This document shows, piece by piece, positions 52,905 through 61,773 of a stretch of 64,000 bases of DNA. Below the pieces are notes generated by a model. It was not told the origin of the DNA. It ran no database searches and was given only the letters and a program-made list of their open reading frames with translations. Positions within the stretch are counted from its first letter, which is position 1. Each line of letters starts with the position of its first letter. The stretch is from Alphaproteobacteria bacterium (GTDB lineage Bacteria > Pseudomonadota > Alphaproteobacteria > Rs-D84 > JAERRO01), in NCBI GenBank assembly GCA_016735395.1, contig JAERRO010000001.1, forward strand, positions 2,428-66,427. The letters are read 5' to 3'. Made by a program: the position numbers and the translations under genes.

Positions 52905-52965
52905 TCTAGAATTTCATACTTGATTGTTAAACTATAAGTTGATATAGTAGGAATAAATAAAACTA
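52905..52965 (+). promoter_or_regulatory. Sigma70 promoter, copy 1 of a 61-bp duplication
   Basis: TTGATT-17bp-TATAGT; repeated at 54025-54085 with 2 mismatches. Confidence 0.8.
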
Positions 52966-52984
52966 CGATCGCAGGGAGGTAAAA

Positions 52985-54001
52985 ATGGATAGAAAAAAGT
53001 TTGAAAATATAATATCACAAATTAATGATACATGTGATAAAATTCAAGAATTTGAAGATGTCACTAAACCTGAATTAATTAAAAAAAATAGATTTGGTGG
53101 AGGGTTTGGGGAGTATCTTTCAAGACATAGTTTTGATGTAAGCAATATTAAAAAGAAAATAAATAAACTATTAGATATAGACTTTAGTATCTTTTATGAT
53201 AATGCTGAGATATTAGCTATTCAAAACTTAATACAAATACTTTTAGATCACTGTAACAGATATAATAATGGTAATTCTGGTTATCTCTTTACAGAAGAAC
53301 ATTATAATAATACCTTTAAAAACAACAGATATGAAATAAATGAACTAATAGATAATTTACAGACAAAAAATTACGAGTTTGAAACCATTATCTCTATAGT
53401 TACTAATAATGAGATAAAAAAATTTTCTGATATAAACAAGATATACGAAAATATAGAGCAGAGTAAAACTGCATTAGAATCTATTAAAACAAATGAAAAT
53501 GCCTCGCAGATCGCTATGGAAAATATTAAGGTGGCTACGAATACCATTGGTGTAATAAAAAAAGCAGAGGGATTTGCAACTATAGCAGAAAAAAGTCATA
53601 AAAAGGCTCAAAAATATGAGTGGGTTATTTTTATATTTGCATTATTGTTGATGGGGCTAGTAGTACTAGCTTTTATAAAAATTGATAGCATATTTTTTTC
53701 TCGTTTAATCTTTTTAGTTCCTCTATTTACAGTTTCACTTATTTATCTCATTATATTAGAAAAAAGATACAGAATCAGGGCTTTTAAATACAAGGATCTG
53801 GAGGTTTCTATTTTATCTTTGTCGGCATATCTAGGAGATATTAGCGATAAACCTATGGAAGAATTGTCTGCTAAAGATACTTTTAAATTAAAGATGGCAG
53901 AATTTTATTATAAGCAGGTTTACGACGAGACTAAAATAAAGGAAAAAAATATTACGGAGCTTGTGACGAGTACCATAAAGAGTGCTAAAGGGACGACCTA
54001 G
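52985..54001 (+). CDS. Hypothetical coiled-coil + 2-TM membrane protein
   Basis: GGAGG RBS; TM hairpin WVIFIFALLLMGLVVLAF..SRLIFLVPLF. Confidence 0.75.
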   Translation: MDRKKFENIISQINDTCDKIQEFEDVTKPELIKKNRFGGGFGEYLSRHSFDVSNIKKKINKLLDIDFSIFYDNAEILAIQNLIQILLDHCNRYNNGNSGYLFTEEHYNNTFKNNRYEINELIDNLQTKNYEFETIISIVTNNEIKKFSDINKIYENIEQSKTALESIKTNENASQIAMENIKVATNTIGVIKKAEGFATIAEKSHKKAQKYEWVIFIFALLLMGLVVLAFIKIDSIFFSRLIFLVPLFTVSLIYLIILEKRYRIRAFKYKDLEVSILSLSAYLGDISDKPMEELSAKDTFKLKMAEFYYKQVYDETKIKEKNITELVTSTIKSAKGTT

Positions 54002-54085
54002 GCGATAAATCGTCATAGCCATAATCTAGAATTTCATACTTGATTGTTAAACTATAAGTTGATACAGTAGAAATAAATAAAACTA
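54001..54085 (+). repeat. Composite duplication: 29 bp of sod (52786-52814) fused to promoter copy 2 (52905-52965)
   Basis: GGCGATAAATCGTCATAGCCATAATCTAG is exact; the two parts join at a shared TCTAG. Confidence 0.9.
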
Positions 54086-54103
54086 AATTTTGGGAGTTTC
54101 GTT

Positions 54104-56032
54104 ATGGAAGATAATCTATTAAACAGTATTCTGGAGCTTTTCAAAAGTAAAAAACTAGAACAATATTACAACGGGGAAGGTCTTCTAACTAATAAGATAG
54201 AAGAGGATGCCCTTAAACTAGATTCTACATTACTAGAAGTTCTACTAGAAGACGAGGACACACAGAAGGCATTTTTTGCTACGGTAGGAGATATTAAAGT
54301 TTTCGATAAAATAAAATTTCAGTTATACATAAACAGTAAAGAATTTTTAAAAGATAGTTTTACTAAATACAAACAAAACATAGGATTAACAGACGAATAT
54401 GGTAAGGGGCTGAAACAAAATAATAATGTAGTTCTAAACTGGCCGTACAAAGATTGTATTTTGGAAGGCGGGCAAGATAAGGAAGACAAAAGCAGGAAAG
54501 AAGTTTTCTATAATGAAGTGTTGGCTCCCGAATATATAAATATACTTACAGACAAAAAGGCCTTTCATAATGCCGTTAGAGTTAAAGGCGAGGGCGACAA
54601 AGAAGAGCCTGTTACAGACTTTAATAGAAATGAGGACGGAACTATTACAGATAATTTAATGCTAAAGGGAAATAATCTACTAGTTCTACATAGCCTCAAA
54701 TCTCAATTTGCCGGCAAGATAAAACTAATTTATATTGATCCCCCTTATAATACTGGAAACGACGGCTTCAAATATAACGATAGATTTAATCATTCTAGCT
54801 GGCTTACCTTTATGAAAAATAGACTTGAAGTTGCTAGAGAACTTCTAGCCGACGACGGTGTTATCTTCGTTCAATGCGACGACAACGAACAGGCCTATCT
54901 AAAAGTCCTTATGGACGAAGTCTTTGGAAGGGCGAATTTTGTTATTAATTTAGTCTGGGAAAATAAGGAAGGCGGTGGGAAGTCCGATAGTATAACTTTT
55001 AGAAGAAAGCACGAATATATAATTACATATGCAAAAATAATAGATAACATAGAAATATATGGAAGAGATGTTGAGGACGTCGAAAGGTATAGATTATCTG
55101 ATATACATGAAGAGTATCGTGGAAAATATCAATTAATTAAACTAGATAGTGCGAGTCTAGGATATATAAAATCATTGGACTACTATATATTATCTCCAGA
55201 GAATACTCGTATATTTCCTAACAAAGATGACAACAAAATTAGTCGTTGGAGGTGGAATAAAAAGAAATTCGAATGGGGGGTAAAAAATGACTTTGTCGTA
55301 ATAAAAAAAGATAGAGACGATAATTGGGCTGTCTACACTAAACAATATCTAAATTGTGATAACAATGCAAATATTAAGAGAAGGACACTACAGCCAATAG
55401 GTGTAATTTCTAAATTTTCAAACACTCAATCTAATATACATATGAAATCTTTGTTCGGAACTGCTAAGTTTTCTTATTCAAAGCCAGAGCAATTAATTGA
55501 ATTTTATTTACAAATATCAACAAAGCCGGGGGATATAGTTCTAGATTTTTTCGCAGGGAGTGGGACTACGGCGGGGGTAGCTCACAAGATGGAGCGACAA
55601 TGGATCACTATAGAACAGATGGACTATATTCAGGACATCACAAAAGCTAGGCTGAAAAAAGTCGTAGATGGCGAACAGGGAGGTATCTCTAAAGCTATAG
55701 ACTGGAAAGGGGGCGGAGAATTCGTCTATATGGAAATGATAGAGAAAAATAATCGTTATTTTAATGAAATTATACAGTCGGAATCAGACGAAACTTTAAA
55801 AATACTATACAAACAAATTAAAGAAGAAACTTTCTTTAGATATGATATAGACCTAAAGGGACTAGATGCTCTAATGGACGACTCCATTTCCTTAAAACAT
55901 AAAAAGGAAGCCCTCACTCAATGCCTAGATAAAAATCACCTCTATTTGAACTACTCTAGCATCGACGACCGAAACTTTAATAAAGACGAAACCGTCTCTA
56001 ACCTCAATAAAAAATTCTACAAGGAGGTGTAG
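54104..56032 (+). CDS. mod: Type III R-M methyltransferase (Mod)
   Basis: KGNNL, IYIDPPYNTG, KPEQLI, DFFAGSGTT, GEQGGIS..WKGGG. Confidence 0.93.
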   Translation: MEDNLLNSILELFKSKKLEQYYNGEGLLTNKIEEDALKLDSTLLEVLLEDEDTQKAFFATVGDIKVFDKIKFQLYINSKEFLKDSFTKYKQNIGLTDEYGKGLKQNNNVVLNWPYKDCILEGGQDKEDKSRKEVFYNEVLAPEYINILTDKKAFHNAVRVKGEGDKEEPVTDFNRNEDGTITDNLMLKGNNLLVLHSLKSQFAGKIKLIYIDPPYNTGNDGFKYNDRFNHSSWLTFMKNRLEVARELLADDGVIFVQCDDNEQAYLKVLMDEVFGRANFVINLVWENKEGGGKSDSITFRRKHEYIITYAKIIDNIEIYGRDVEDVERYRLSDIHEEYRGKYQLIKLDSASLGYIKSLDYYILSPENTRIFPNKDDNKISRWRWNKKKFEWGVKNDFVVIKKDRDDNWAVYTKQYLNCDNNANIKRRTLQPIGVISKFSNTQSNIHMKSLFGTAKFSYSKPEQLIEFYLQISTKPGDIVLDFFAGSGTTAGVAHKMERQWITIEQMDYIQDITKARLKKVVDGEQGGISKAIDWKGGGEFVYMEMIEKNNRYFNEIIQSESDETLKILYKQIKEETFFRYDIDLKGLDALMDDSISLKHKKEALTQCLDKNHLYLNYSSIDDRNFNKDETVSNLNKKFYKEV

Positions 56033-56033
56033 G

Positions 56034-57017
56034 GTGGATAACAGAGAAAGACTTATAAAGACTATACAGAAAAAATTTTTTAGTAGGTTTGATATTTTTT
56101 ACGACCTAAACGACAGTGTATGGTTCGAGTTTGTAGATAAAGTTAGTGGTTATAGTCCTATATATGATTTTACGGATTACATTACACCGTATCTTATAAA
56201 GGGTATAGTAGATAAAATTGATACCACTACTCTCAAAGGCATAGTTAAACACATAGCTAACATTTGGGCTATAATAGACACATCTAGGTATAAAAACAAA
56301 GATTCATATTCAGGTAAAGATCAGATAATTTTTTATAAAGAAAATCTAAACGAACAAGACGACATAATAACAGAATTTAAAAAAATAAAAAGTTTATTGG
56401 AAAAATATAAATCTATTCTCGGAGAAAAGGATGAAGATCTGAAAGAAGAACATATGATAGAAACGAAATCATTCGCAGAATCATTCCTCGAGTCTAAAAA
56501 CAGTTATAATAGAAATATATGGATTATGTACATAGTACTACTTTTAACCTTAATAGCTATTGTGGGATTATATTTAATTGGGACTAAAACTTTCAACAAT
56601 TTAGATTTTATTAGTACAATAATATCACGGTTATTATTTTCTGCTCCGCTTATTTTCTTTGCATTTATTATAACGAAAAATCTATTTAACTTTCAATCTA
56701 TGTATGAAGCATACAACCATAAACAAAGGGTCGCAGAAGCTTTTTTAATTTTAGATCTAAAAATGGATAAAGAAAAAGAATGGCTTCTTAAAAAAACATT
56801 TCACGGGGGAAGCATCGAGCAAGGTCGCCTAGAACAAATTAACAAAGAGAAAGATCTATTATCTGGGACTCTTATGTCGGTAGTTCAAGAAAATCCTACA
56901 CATTTTTTAACAAAAGATAAATCTATGAAGAAATACCTAAAAGAACTAAAAGAAATTAAAGACCTGTTTATGGCTCCTAATATTATAGAAAGCAATCGAG
57001 TAGATAAAGGTAAATAA
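56034..57017 (+). CDS. Hypothetical 2-TM membrane protein
   Basis: GTG 1 nt after the mod stop with AAGGAGG RBS; TM hairpin WIMYIVLLL..SRLLFSAPLIFF, then YEAYNHK. Confidence 0.75.
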   Translation: MDNRERLIKTIQKKFFSRFDIFYDLNDSVWFEFVDKVSGYSPIYDFTDYITPYLIKGIVDKIDTTTLKGIVKHIANIWAIIDTSRYKNKDSYSGKDQIIFYKENLNEQDDIITEFKKIKSLLEKYKSILGEKDEDLKEEHMIETKSFAESFLESKNSYNRNIWIMYIVLLLTLIAIVGLYLIGTKTFNNLDFISTIISRLLFSAPLIFFAFIITKNLFNFQSMYEAYNHKQRVAEAFLILDLKMDKEKEWLLKKTFHGGSIEQGRLEQINKEKDLLSGTLMSVVQENPTHFLTKDKSMKKYLKELKEIKDLFMAPNIIESNRVDKGK

Positions 57018-57030
57018 TGAATGATAATTT
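57004..57030 (+). repeat. 27-bp direct repeat, copy 1 (ATAAAGGTAAATAATGAATGATAATTT)
   Basis: Exact copy at 57969-57995; contains RBS plus the first codons MNDN. Confidence 0.92.
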
Positions 57031-57856
57031 TATTATCTTTGTAGATGAATCAGGAGATCATAGCCTGTCTAAAATAAATCCTGAATTCCCTATATTCAAT
57101 CTAGTTTTTGTAGTATTCGAACAGAATCATTACTGTAATGTCGTTCTGCCAAAATTTAATCTACTTAAGTTAAAATACTTTAATAGTACTAATGTAATAT
57201 TTCACGAAAGAGAAATTAGAAAATCACTAAATAACTTTACAATACTAAAAAATTCCGTAGTAAGAAATAATTTTATAAATGATGTAGATACATTTTTAAA
57301 AAATATATCTTTCGAAATCATTACAATTAATTTTTTAAAAGAAAAAAATGCTAGGGAAGAAGTTAATATATACTCAAAATGTATGGAGGTAGCTCTTCCT
57401 ATTATTCAAAAATTTTTAGAAAAAAACTCTAGTTTAGAAAACAAAACTTTAATTACTTTTGAAGGGAGGGGGAAACAAGAAGATAGATCTCTAGAATTAG
57501 AATTCTTGAGGGAAACAAAGGACTATCAATATAACAACCTAAATATAGACATCATAACTAAACAGTCAAATTCTACCGGGCTACAGATCGCAGACTTAAT
57601 AGCTAGACCTATCGCAAATGAAATATTAAACTCGAAAAAAATAAACGATATTAAAGACTCTAATTGTGTAGGTTTCGGAATCGACAAAATAACAATAAAT
57701 GAAATGTTTCCTAAACCTTGCCACAATAGAGCTTTTGGATGTATAAAACCTAATATATATACTTTGCAAGTAATAATAAAACATGAAGTAATAAATAATA
57801 TGAAGGAAGATCTAAATTTTAATATAAAGCGAAAAAGGGCGGTTACACCACCCTAA
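57017..57856 (+). CDS. DUF3800 family protein (RNase H-like fold)
   Basis: IFVDESGDH, FHEREIRK, FEGRG..ED, GLQIADLIARP. Confidence 0.88.
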   Translation: MNDNFIIFVDESGDHSLSKINPEFPIFNLVFVVFEQNHYCNVVLPKFNLLKLKYFNSTNVIFHEREIRKSLNNFTILKNSVVRNNFINDVDTFLKNISFEIITINFLKEKNAREEVNIYSKCMEVALPIIQKFLEKNSSLENKTLITFEGRGKQEDRSLELEFLRETKDYQYNNLNIDIITKQSNSTGLQIADLIARPIANEILNSKKINDIKDSNCVGFGIDKITINEMFPKPCHNRAFGCIKPNIYTLQVIIKHEVINNMKEDLNFNIKRKRAVTPP

Positions 57857-57887
57857 AGACGCCGATTGAGCATTCCCAATCCATTTA
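57832..57887 (-). ncRNA. Putative ~55-nt DUF3800-associated small RNA, convergent on the gene's 3' end
   Basis: Hairpins GAUUGGG/CUCAAUC and AGGGUGGU/ACCGCCCU followed by U5; each has a G-U pair only on the minus strand; own promoter. Confidence 0.75.
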
Positions 57888-57893
57888 TAATAT

Positions 57894-57922
57894 ATTATAT
57901 ACTATAAAAATTAAGAATGCAA
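57894..57922 (-). promoter_or_regulatory. Sigma70 promoter for the small RNA
   Basis: TTGCAT-17bp-TATAAT pointing into the hairpins. Confidence 0.75.
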
Positions 57923-57968
57923 GAAAAATAAAAAAAAGGGGACTTGACAAAGTCTAAAGATTAAATAA

Positions 57969-57995
57969 ATAAAGGTAAATAATGAATGATAATTT
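57969..57995 (+). repeat. 27-bp direct repeat, copy 2 (start of res)
   Basis: Identical to 57004-57030. Confidence 0.92.
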
Positions 57996-60570
57996 AGTAT
58001 ATTCTTTAAATGTCCTAGCAGGAGAAGATATTTTTAACCCTAGTGAAATTCCTGACTATATTACAAATAATGTCGCTCATAAACTGCGGGACTATCAAAC
58101 CGAAGCCCTAGCTAGATTTCGTTTCTATATCGACGATGATGGATACAAGAACAAAAAGAAGCCGATACATCTGCTGTTTCATATGGCTACGGGGTCAGGG
58201 AAGACTATCGTTATGGCTGGCTGTATTCTAGAACTATATAAAAAGGGGCATAGAAATTTCCTGTTCTTTGTTAACTCCGACAATATAATTGACAAAACTA
58301 AACATAATCTTCTATATCAAAATTCTAATAAATATCTGTTCAATAAAGATAAAATTATTATAGATAATAAGGCCGTTGCCGTAAAAGTCGTAGAAAATTT
58401 TAACGAAGCCGATGACGATTCTATCAATATATGTTTCAATACTATTCAAAAACTGCACGGAAACCTTATCAACACAGGCGAAAATGGAATTTCTACCGAA
58501 ACTTTTAAGGATACGAAAGTTGCTATAATATCCGACGAAGCCCATCACATCAATAGTATGACTAAAAAAGAATCCAAGGATGAACAAAACTGGGAGAACT
58601 CCGTTCTAGGTATTCTAAATGCGAATAATGACAATGTTATGCTAGAGTTTACCGCGACTATGGGTATGAAAAACGAGGCTATAGCAAAAAAATACAACGA
58701 TAAAGTTATATACGACTACACTTTCTTGAAATTTAATATAGACAAATATTCTAAAAATGTTTTTACTCTCGCCTCAACTTTCGATAATAACTATAAAATT
58801 TTACAGGCGATCGTTCTATCTCAATATAGACTAAAACTAGCAGTGCATCATAAGGTAAACCCGCTGGTTAAACCTGTCATTCTTGTGAAATCTAAATTTA
58901 TTAAAGATAGCACAAATGACTACAAAGAATTTTACGAGTTCTTGGAAAGACTAAAAGAAACAGATCTAGATAAAATTGAAAATGGCTCCGAGTCTAAAGA
59001 AATAAAATCTGCCTTTGAATTCTTCAAAAAAAATAAAATCACTAATGAAAATCTAGTCCTAGAGCTAAAGCAAGCCTTTAAAGTCGAAAATAGTGTTATC
59101 ACGGACTCAACAAAATCTACTCTTAATGCAAAGGTTCTACTCAATACACTAGAAGATGAAAAGAACAAAATTAGAATCATATTCGTCGTTAATCAACTTA
59201 ATGAAGGATGGGATGCTATCAATCTATATGACATCGTAAGGCTATATAATACTAAAGATAAAGGTAATGATGCTACTGTATCCGAGGCTCAACTAATAGG
59301 AAGGGGGGCTAGATACTGCCCCTTTACTACCAAAGACTCAGACGAAGATAAGTATAAACGAAAATTTGATGCCGATGCTAATAACGAACTTTCTATCCTT
59401 GAAGAATTCTACTTTCACTGCGATGATAATAGCAAATATATATCAGAGCTAAAGGCAGAACTAAAAACGCAAGGTATCATAGAAGAAGAAGTCCCCAACC
59501 TAGTTAGTATTGAGCTGAAAGAGAGTTTTAAAGAATCTGACTTCTATGAAAAAGGTTGTATTTTTCTAAATAAACAAGAACCTACTGATAAAGCAAAAAA
59601 CTTTAAAGAAGTCAAAAAACTTATAAAAAGTCAAGCATTTAAATACAATTCTACTATAGAAGATGGTAGGTCTAATAGTAAAAATAATCTATTAAAGGGT
59701 GATATTCTAAATGAAAACTCCAGTACAAAAAGAACAGAAACTTTAGATAAAGATGATTTTAGTAAACAGATTATTCAAACTGCTTTTGATAGAAATCCAT
59801 ACTTTAATTTTGATAAAATGAAAAAATACTGTGGGGGAAAAGTTGAGTCTATGAAGGACTTTATAGATCAAGTTATGGAGAATGTAAAAGTTGAGGTTAG
59901 ATATCAAGGAAACAAAGATACATTATTAACCCCGCGAGTGAAACTAGATATATTTTCTAATGTCCTAGGGGAAATCTCGAAAATTATGGAGAAGAATAAC
60001 ATAGAAAAGAGGGGGACGAGGGAATTCTCACATAAGAAAATATTAGAAATATTTATAGATAAAAAATTCAAGAGTAGTGGTACTGAAAAAGATATGAGGG
60101 GGCATAAGTGGTTCGCCTATGACAAAAATTACGGTACGAGTTTAGAAAATGATTTTATAAAATATATTATAGAAAAAAAAGAAGAGATAGAAGACAAATA
60201 TGCAGAGTTTTATCTATTAAGAAGTGAACGGTTTTTTAGGCTGTACGACTTCGAACAAGGTCGAGGATTTGAGCCTGACTTTGTTATGTTTTTTAAGAAA
60301 AATGGAAGTGAAGAATTTTCTAACCTACAAGTGTTTATAGAGCCTAAAGGTGGTCATCTATTAGAACATGATAAATGGAAATCTAAATTTTTAGAGAGCA
60401 TAAATAAAAATGTAGAATTTGGTGACGATCTATTTAATGATTCTAAAGATTTTAAAATAATAGGTCTCCCATTTTATGTTGACAATAAAGAACTACTGAT
60501 CGACGAAAAGAAGTTTACAGAACGAAAATTTAAAGAGGCTTTTAAAGAACAAATATTTAACAACGACTAA
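57982..60570 (+). CDS. res: Type III R-M restriction subunit (Res)
   Basis: LRDYQ, MATGSGKT, DEAHH, FTAT, EGWD, QLIGRGAR, FEPDF..IEPKG. Confidence 0.92.
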   Translation: MNDNLVYSLNVLAGEDIFNPSEIPDYITNNVAHKLRDYQTEALARFRFYIDDDGYKNKKKPIHLLFHMATGSGKTIVMAGCILELYKKGHRNFLFFVNSDNIIDKTKHNLLYQNSNKYLFNKDKIIIDNKAVAVKVVENFNEADDDSINICFNTIQKLHGNLINTGENGISTETFKDTKVAIISDEAHHINSMTKKESKDEQNWENSVLGILNANNDNVMLEFTATMGMKNEAIAKKYNDKVIYDYTFLKFNIDKYSKNVFTLASTFDNNYKILQAIVLSQYRLKLAVHHKVNPLVKPVILVKSKFIKDSTNDYKEFYEFLERLKETDLDKIENGSESKEIKSAFEFFKKNKITNENLVLELKQAFKVENSVITDSTKSTLNAKVLLNTLEDEKNKIRIIFVVNQLNEGWDAINLYDIVRLYNTKDKGNDATVSEAQLIGRGARYCPFTTKDSDEDKYKRKFDADANNELSILEEFYFHCDDNSKYISELKAELKTQGIIEEEVPNLVSIELKESFKESDFYEKGCIFLNKQEPTDKAKNFKEVKKLIKSQAFKYNSTIEDGRSNSKNNLLKGDILNENSSTKRTETLDKDDFSKQIIQTAFDRNPYFNFDKMKKYCGGKVESMKDFIDQVMENVKVEVRYQGNKDTLLTPRVKLDIFSNVLGEISKIMEKNNIEKRGTREFSHKKILEIFIDKKFKSSGTEKDMRGHKWFAYDKNYGTSLENDFIKYIIEKKEEIEDKYAEFYLLRSERFFRLYDFEQGRGFEPDFVMFFKKNGSEEFSNLQVFIEPKGGHLLEHDKWKSKFLESINKNVEFGDDLFNDSKDFKIIGLPFYVDNKELLIDEKKFTERKFKEAFKEQIFNND

Positions 60571-60653
60571 TCTTCTACTTTATTATCTCCTTGAAAAAAT
60601 TAAAGAATAATCTACTATTTATAAATCTTCTTATCTTCTACTAAAGGATTCTA

Positions 60654-61715
60654 ATGACAAATGTGAAAAATAACAGTTTAAATCTTTTTGATTATGCGAC
60701 AAGTGAACTTTCTCAAGATGCTTTTTTGTGCTGGCTACTAGCCCATCATCCTATATGTCAAAACGAAGATAGTGAAATAAAAGATAAAGATATTTCTCAA
60801 TGTGCAGAAAATTTATTAAATGAACTACTAGGAAAACATTCAACAGAACTAGGAAAAATAACAGAACTAGAAATAAAAAGGCAATATAAAAAGATTGATA
60901 TATTAGTGATAATCAATAAAAAATATGGACTAATCATAGAAGATAAAACCGATACATCTGAACACGGAAACCAATTGGGTAAATACTTTAAGGTTGTAGA
61001 GGAAAAGGGATTAATCCCTCTAGGAATATATTTTAAAACTGGTGATGAACTAAAAAGAGATGAAATAAAAAGAGATAAAATAAAAAGAGATGAAATAAAA
61101 AGAGATGAAATAAAAAATAAGAGTGATGAAGATATAGAATATACATATAAAACATTTTATAGAGATGAGTTATTAGAGGTATTAAAAAAACACAAAACAA
61201 AAAATGATATCTTTACTTCATTCTATAATAGGCTAGACAAATTTGAAGAAGATTATAAATCATACGAAAACAACAAAGTTGCCGATTGGTCTAGTAGAGC
61301 ATGGTCAGGATTTTTTCATAATAAACTATATAAAAATGATAGACAAAATTTTGATAAATTCTGGTATGGATATGTTCCAAATCGAAGTGGCGGTTTTCTA
61401 TGCTTCGCATGGGAGTTTAGATACATAGACAAAATAAAAGTATATTTTCAATTTGAAATAAGAAAAGTAGGTAATACGATGAATCCTATTTTAGTAGTTA
61501 AAACATCTTGTGAAAATAAACCGCTACCAGATGTAGCCCTCAATAAAATAGATGAATATATAGGTAAAGACTTGTGGAAGAAATTTAAGAGGCGGAGAAG
61601 TGATGGAAAAACATCTTCTAGGCTAATCTATATTTTAGAAGATCTTAATAATATGGAATATGGCGAGCTTATAGAATCTATTGAGAAAGCAACAAAATCT
61701 TTTGATTTAAAATAG
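60654..61715 (+). CDS. PD-(D/E)xK nuclease family protein
   Basis: NLFDYATSELSQDAFLCWLL, IDIL, IIEDKT, HGNQL..Y. Confidence 0.8.
   Translation: MTNVKNNSLNLFDYATSELSQDAFLCWLLAHHPICQNEDSEIKDKDISQCAENLLNELLGKHSTELGKITELEIKRQYKKIDILVIINKKYGLIIEDKTDTSEHGNQLGKYFKVVEEKGLIPLGIYFKTGDELKRDEIKRDKIKRDEIKRDEIKNKSDEDIEYTYKTFYRDELLEVLKKHKTKNDIFTSFYNRLDKFEEDYKSYENNKVADWSSRAWSGFFHNKLYKNDRQNFDKFWYGYVPNRSGGFLCFAWEFRYIDKIKVYFQFEIRKVGNTMNPILVVKTSCENKPLPDVALNKIDEYIGKDLWKKFKRRRSDGKTSSRLIYILEDLNNMEYGELIESIEKATKSFDLK
61044..61116 (+). repeat. In-frame 15-bp tandem repeat (TAAAAAGAGATGAAA, four full copies plus partials)
   Basis: Units at 61051, 61066, 61081 and 61096; encodes KRDEI repeats. Confidence 0.92.
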
Positions 61716-61773
61716 AAAGTATTTTGTTCTGTGTTTTTAGGATTTTTACTCTAGTATTACTATTGTTTTATAT

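Noticed and set aside
54104..56032. Phase-variable simple sequence repeat in mod
   Set aside because: No SSR tract seen; the frame is intact
61044..61116. Possible CRISPR array
   Set aside because: 15-bp head-to-tail units with no spacers, in frame within a CDS; no cas genes
1443..61428. Many short ORFs in the track overlapping long genes (e.g. 11133-11732, 45886-46422, 48080-48574)
   Set aside because: Antisense or alternate-frame shadows of well-supported genes, with no motifs or RBS
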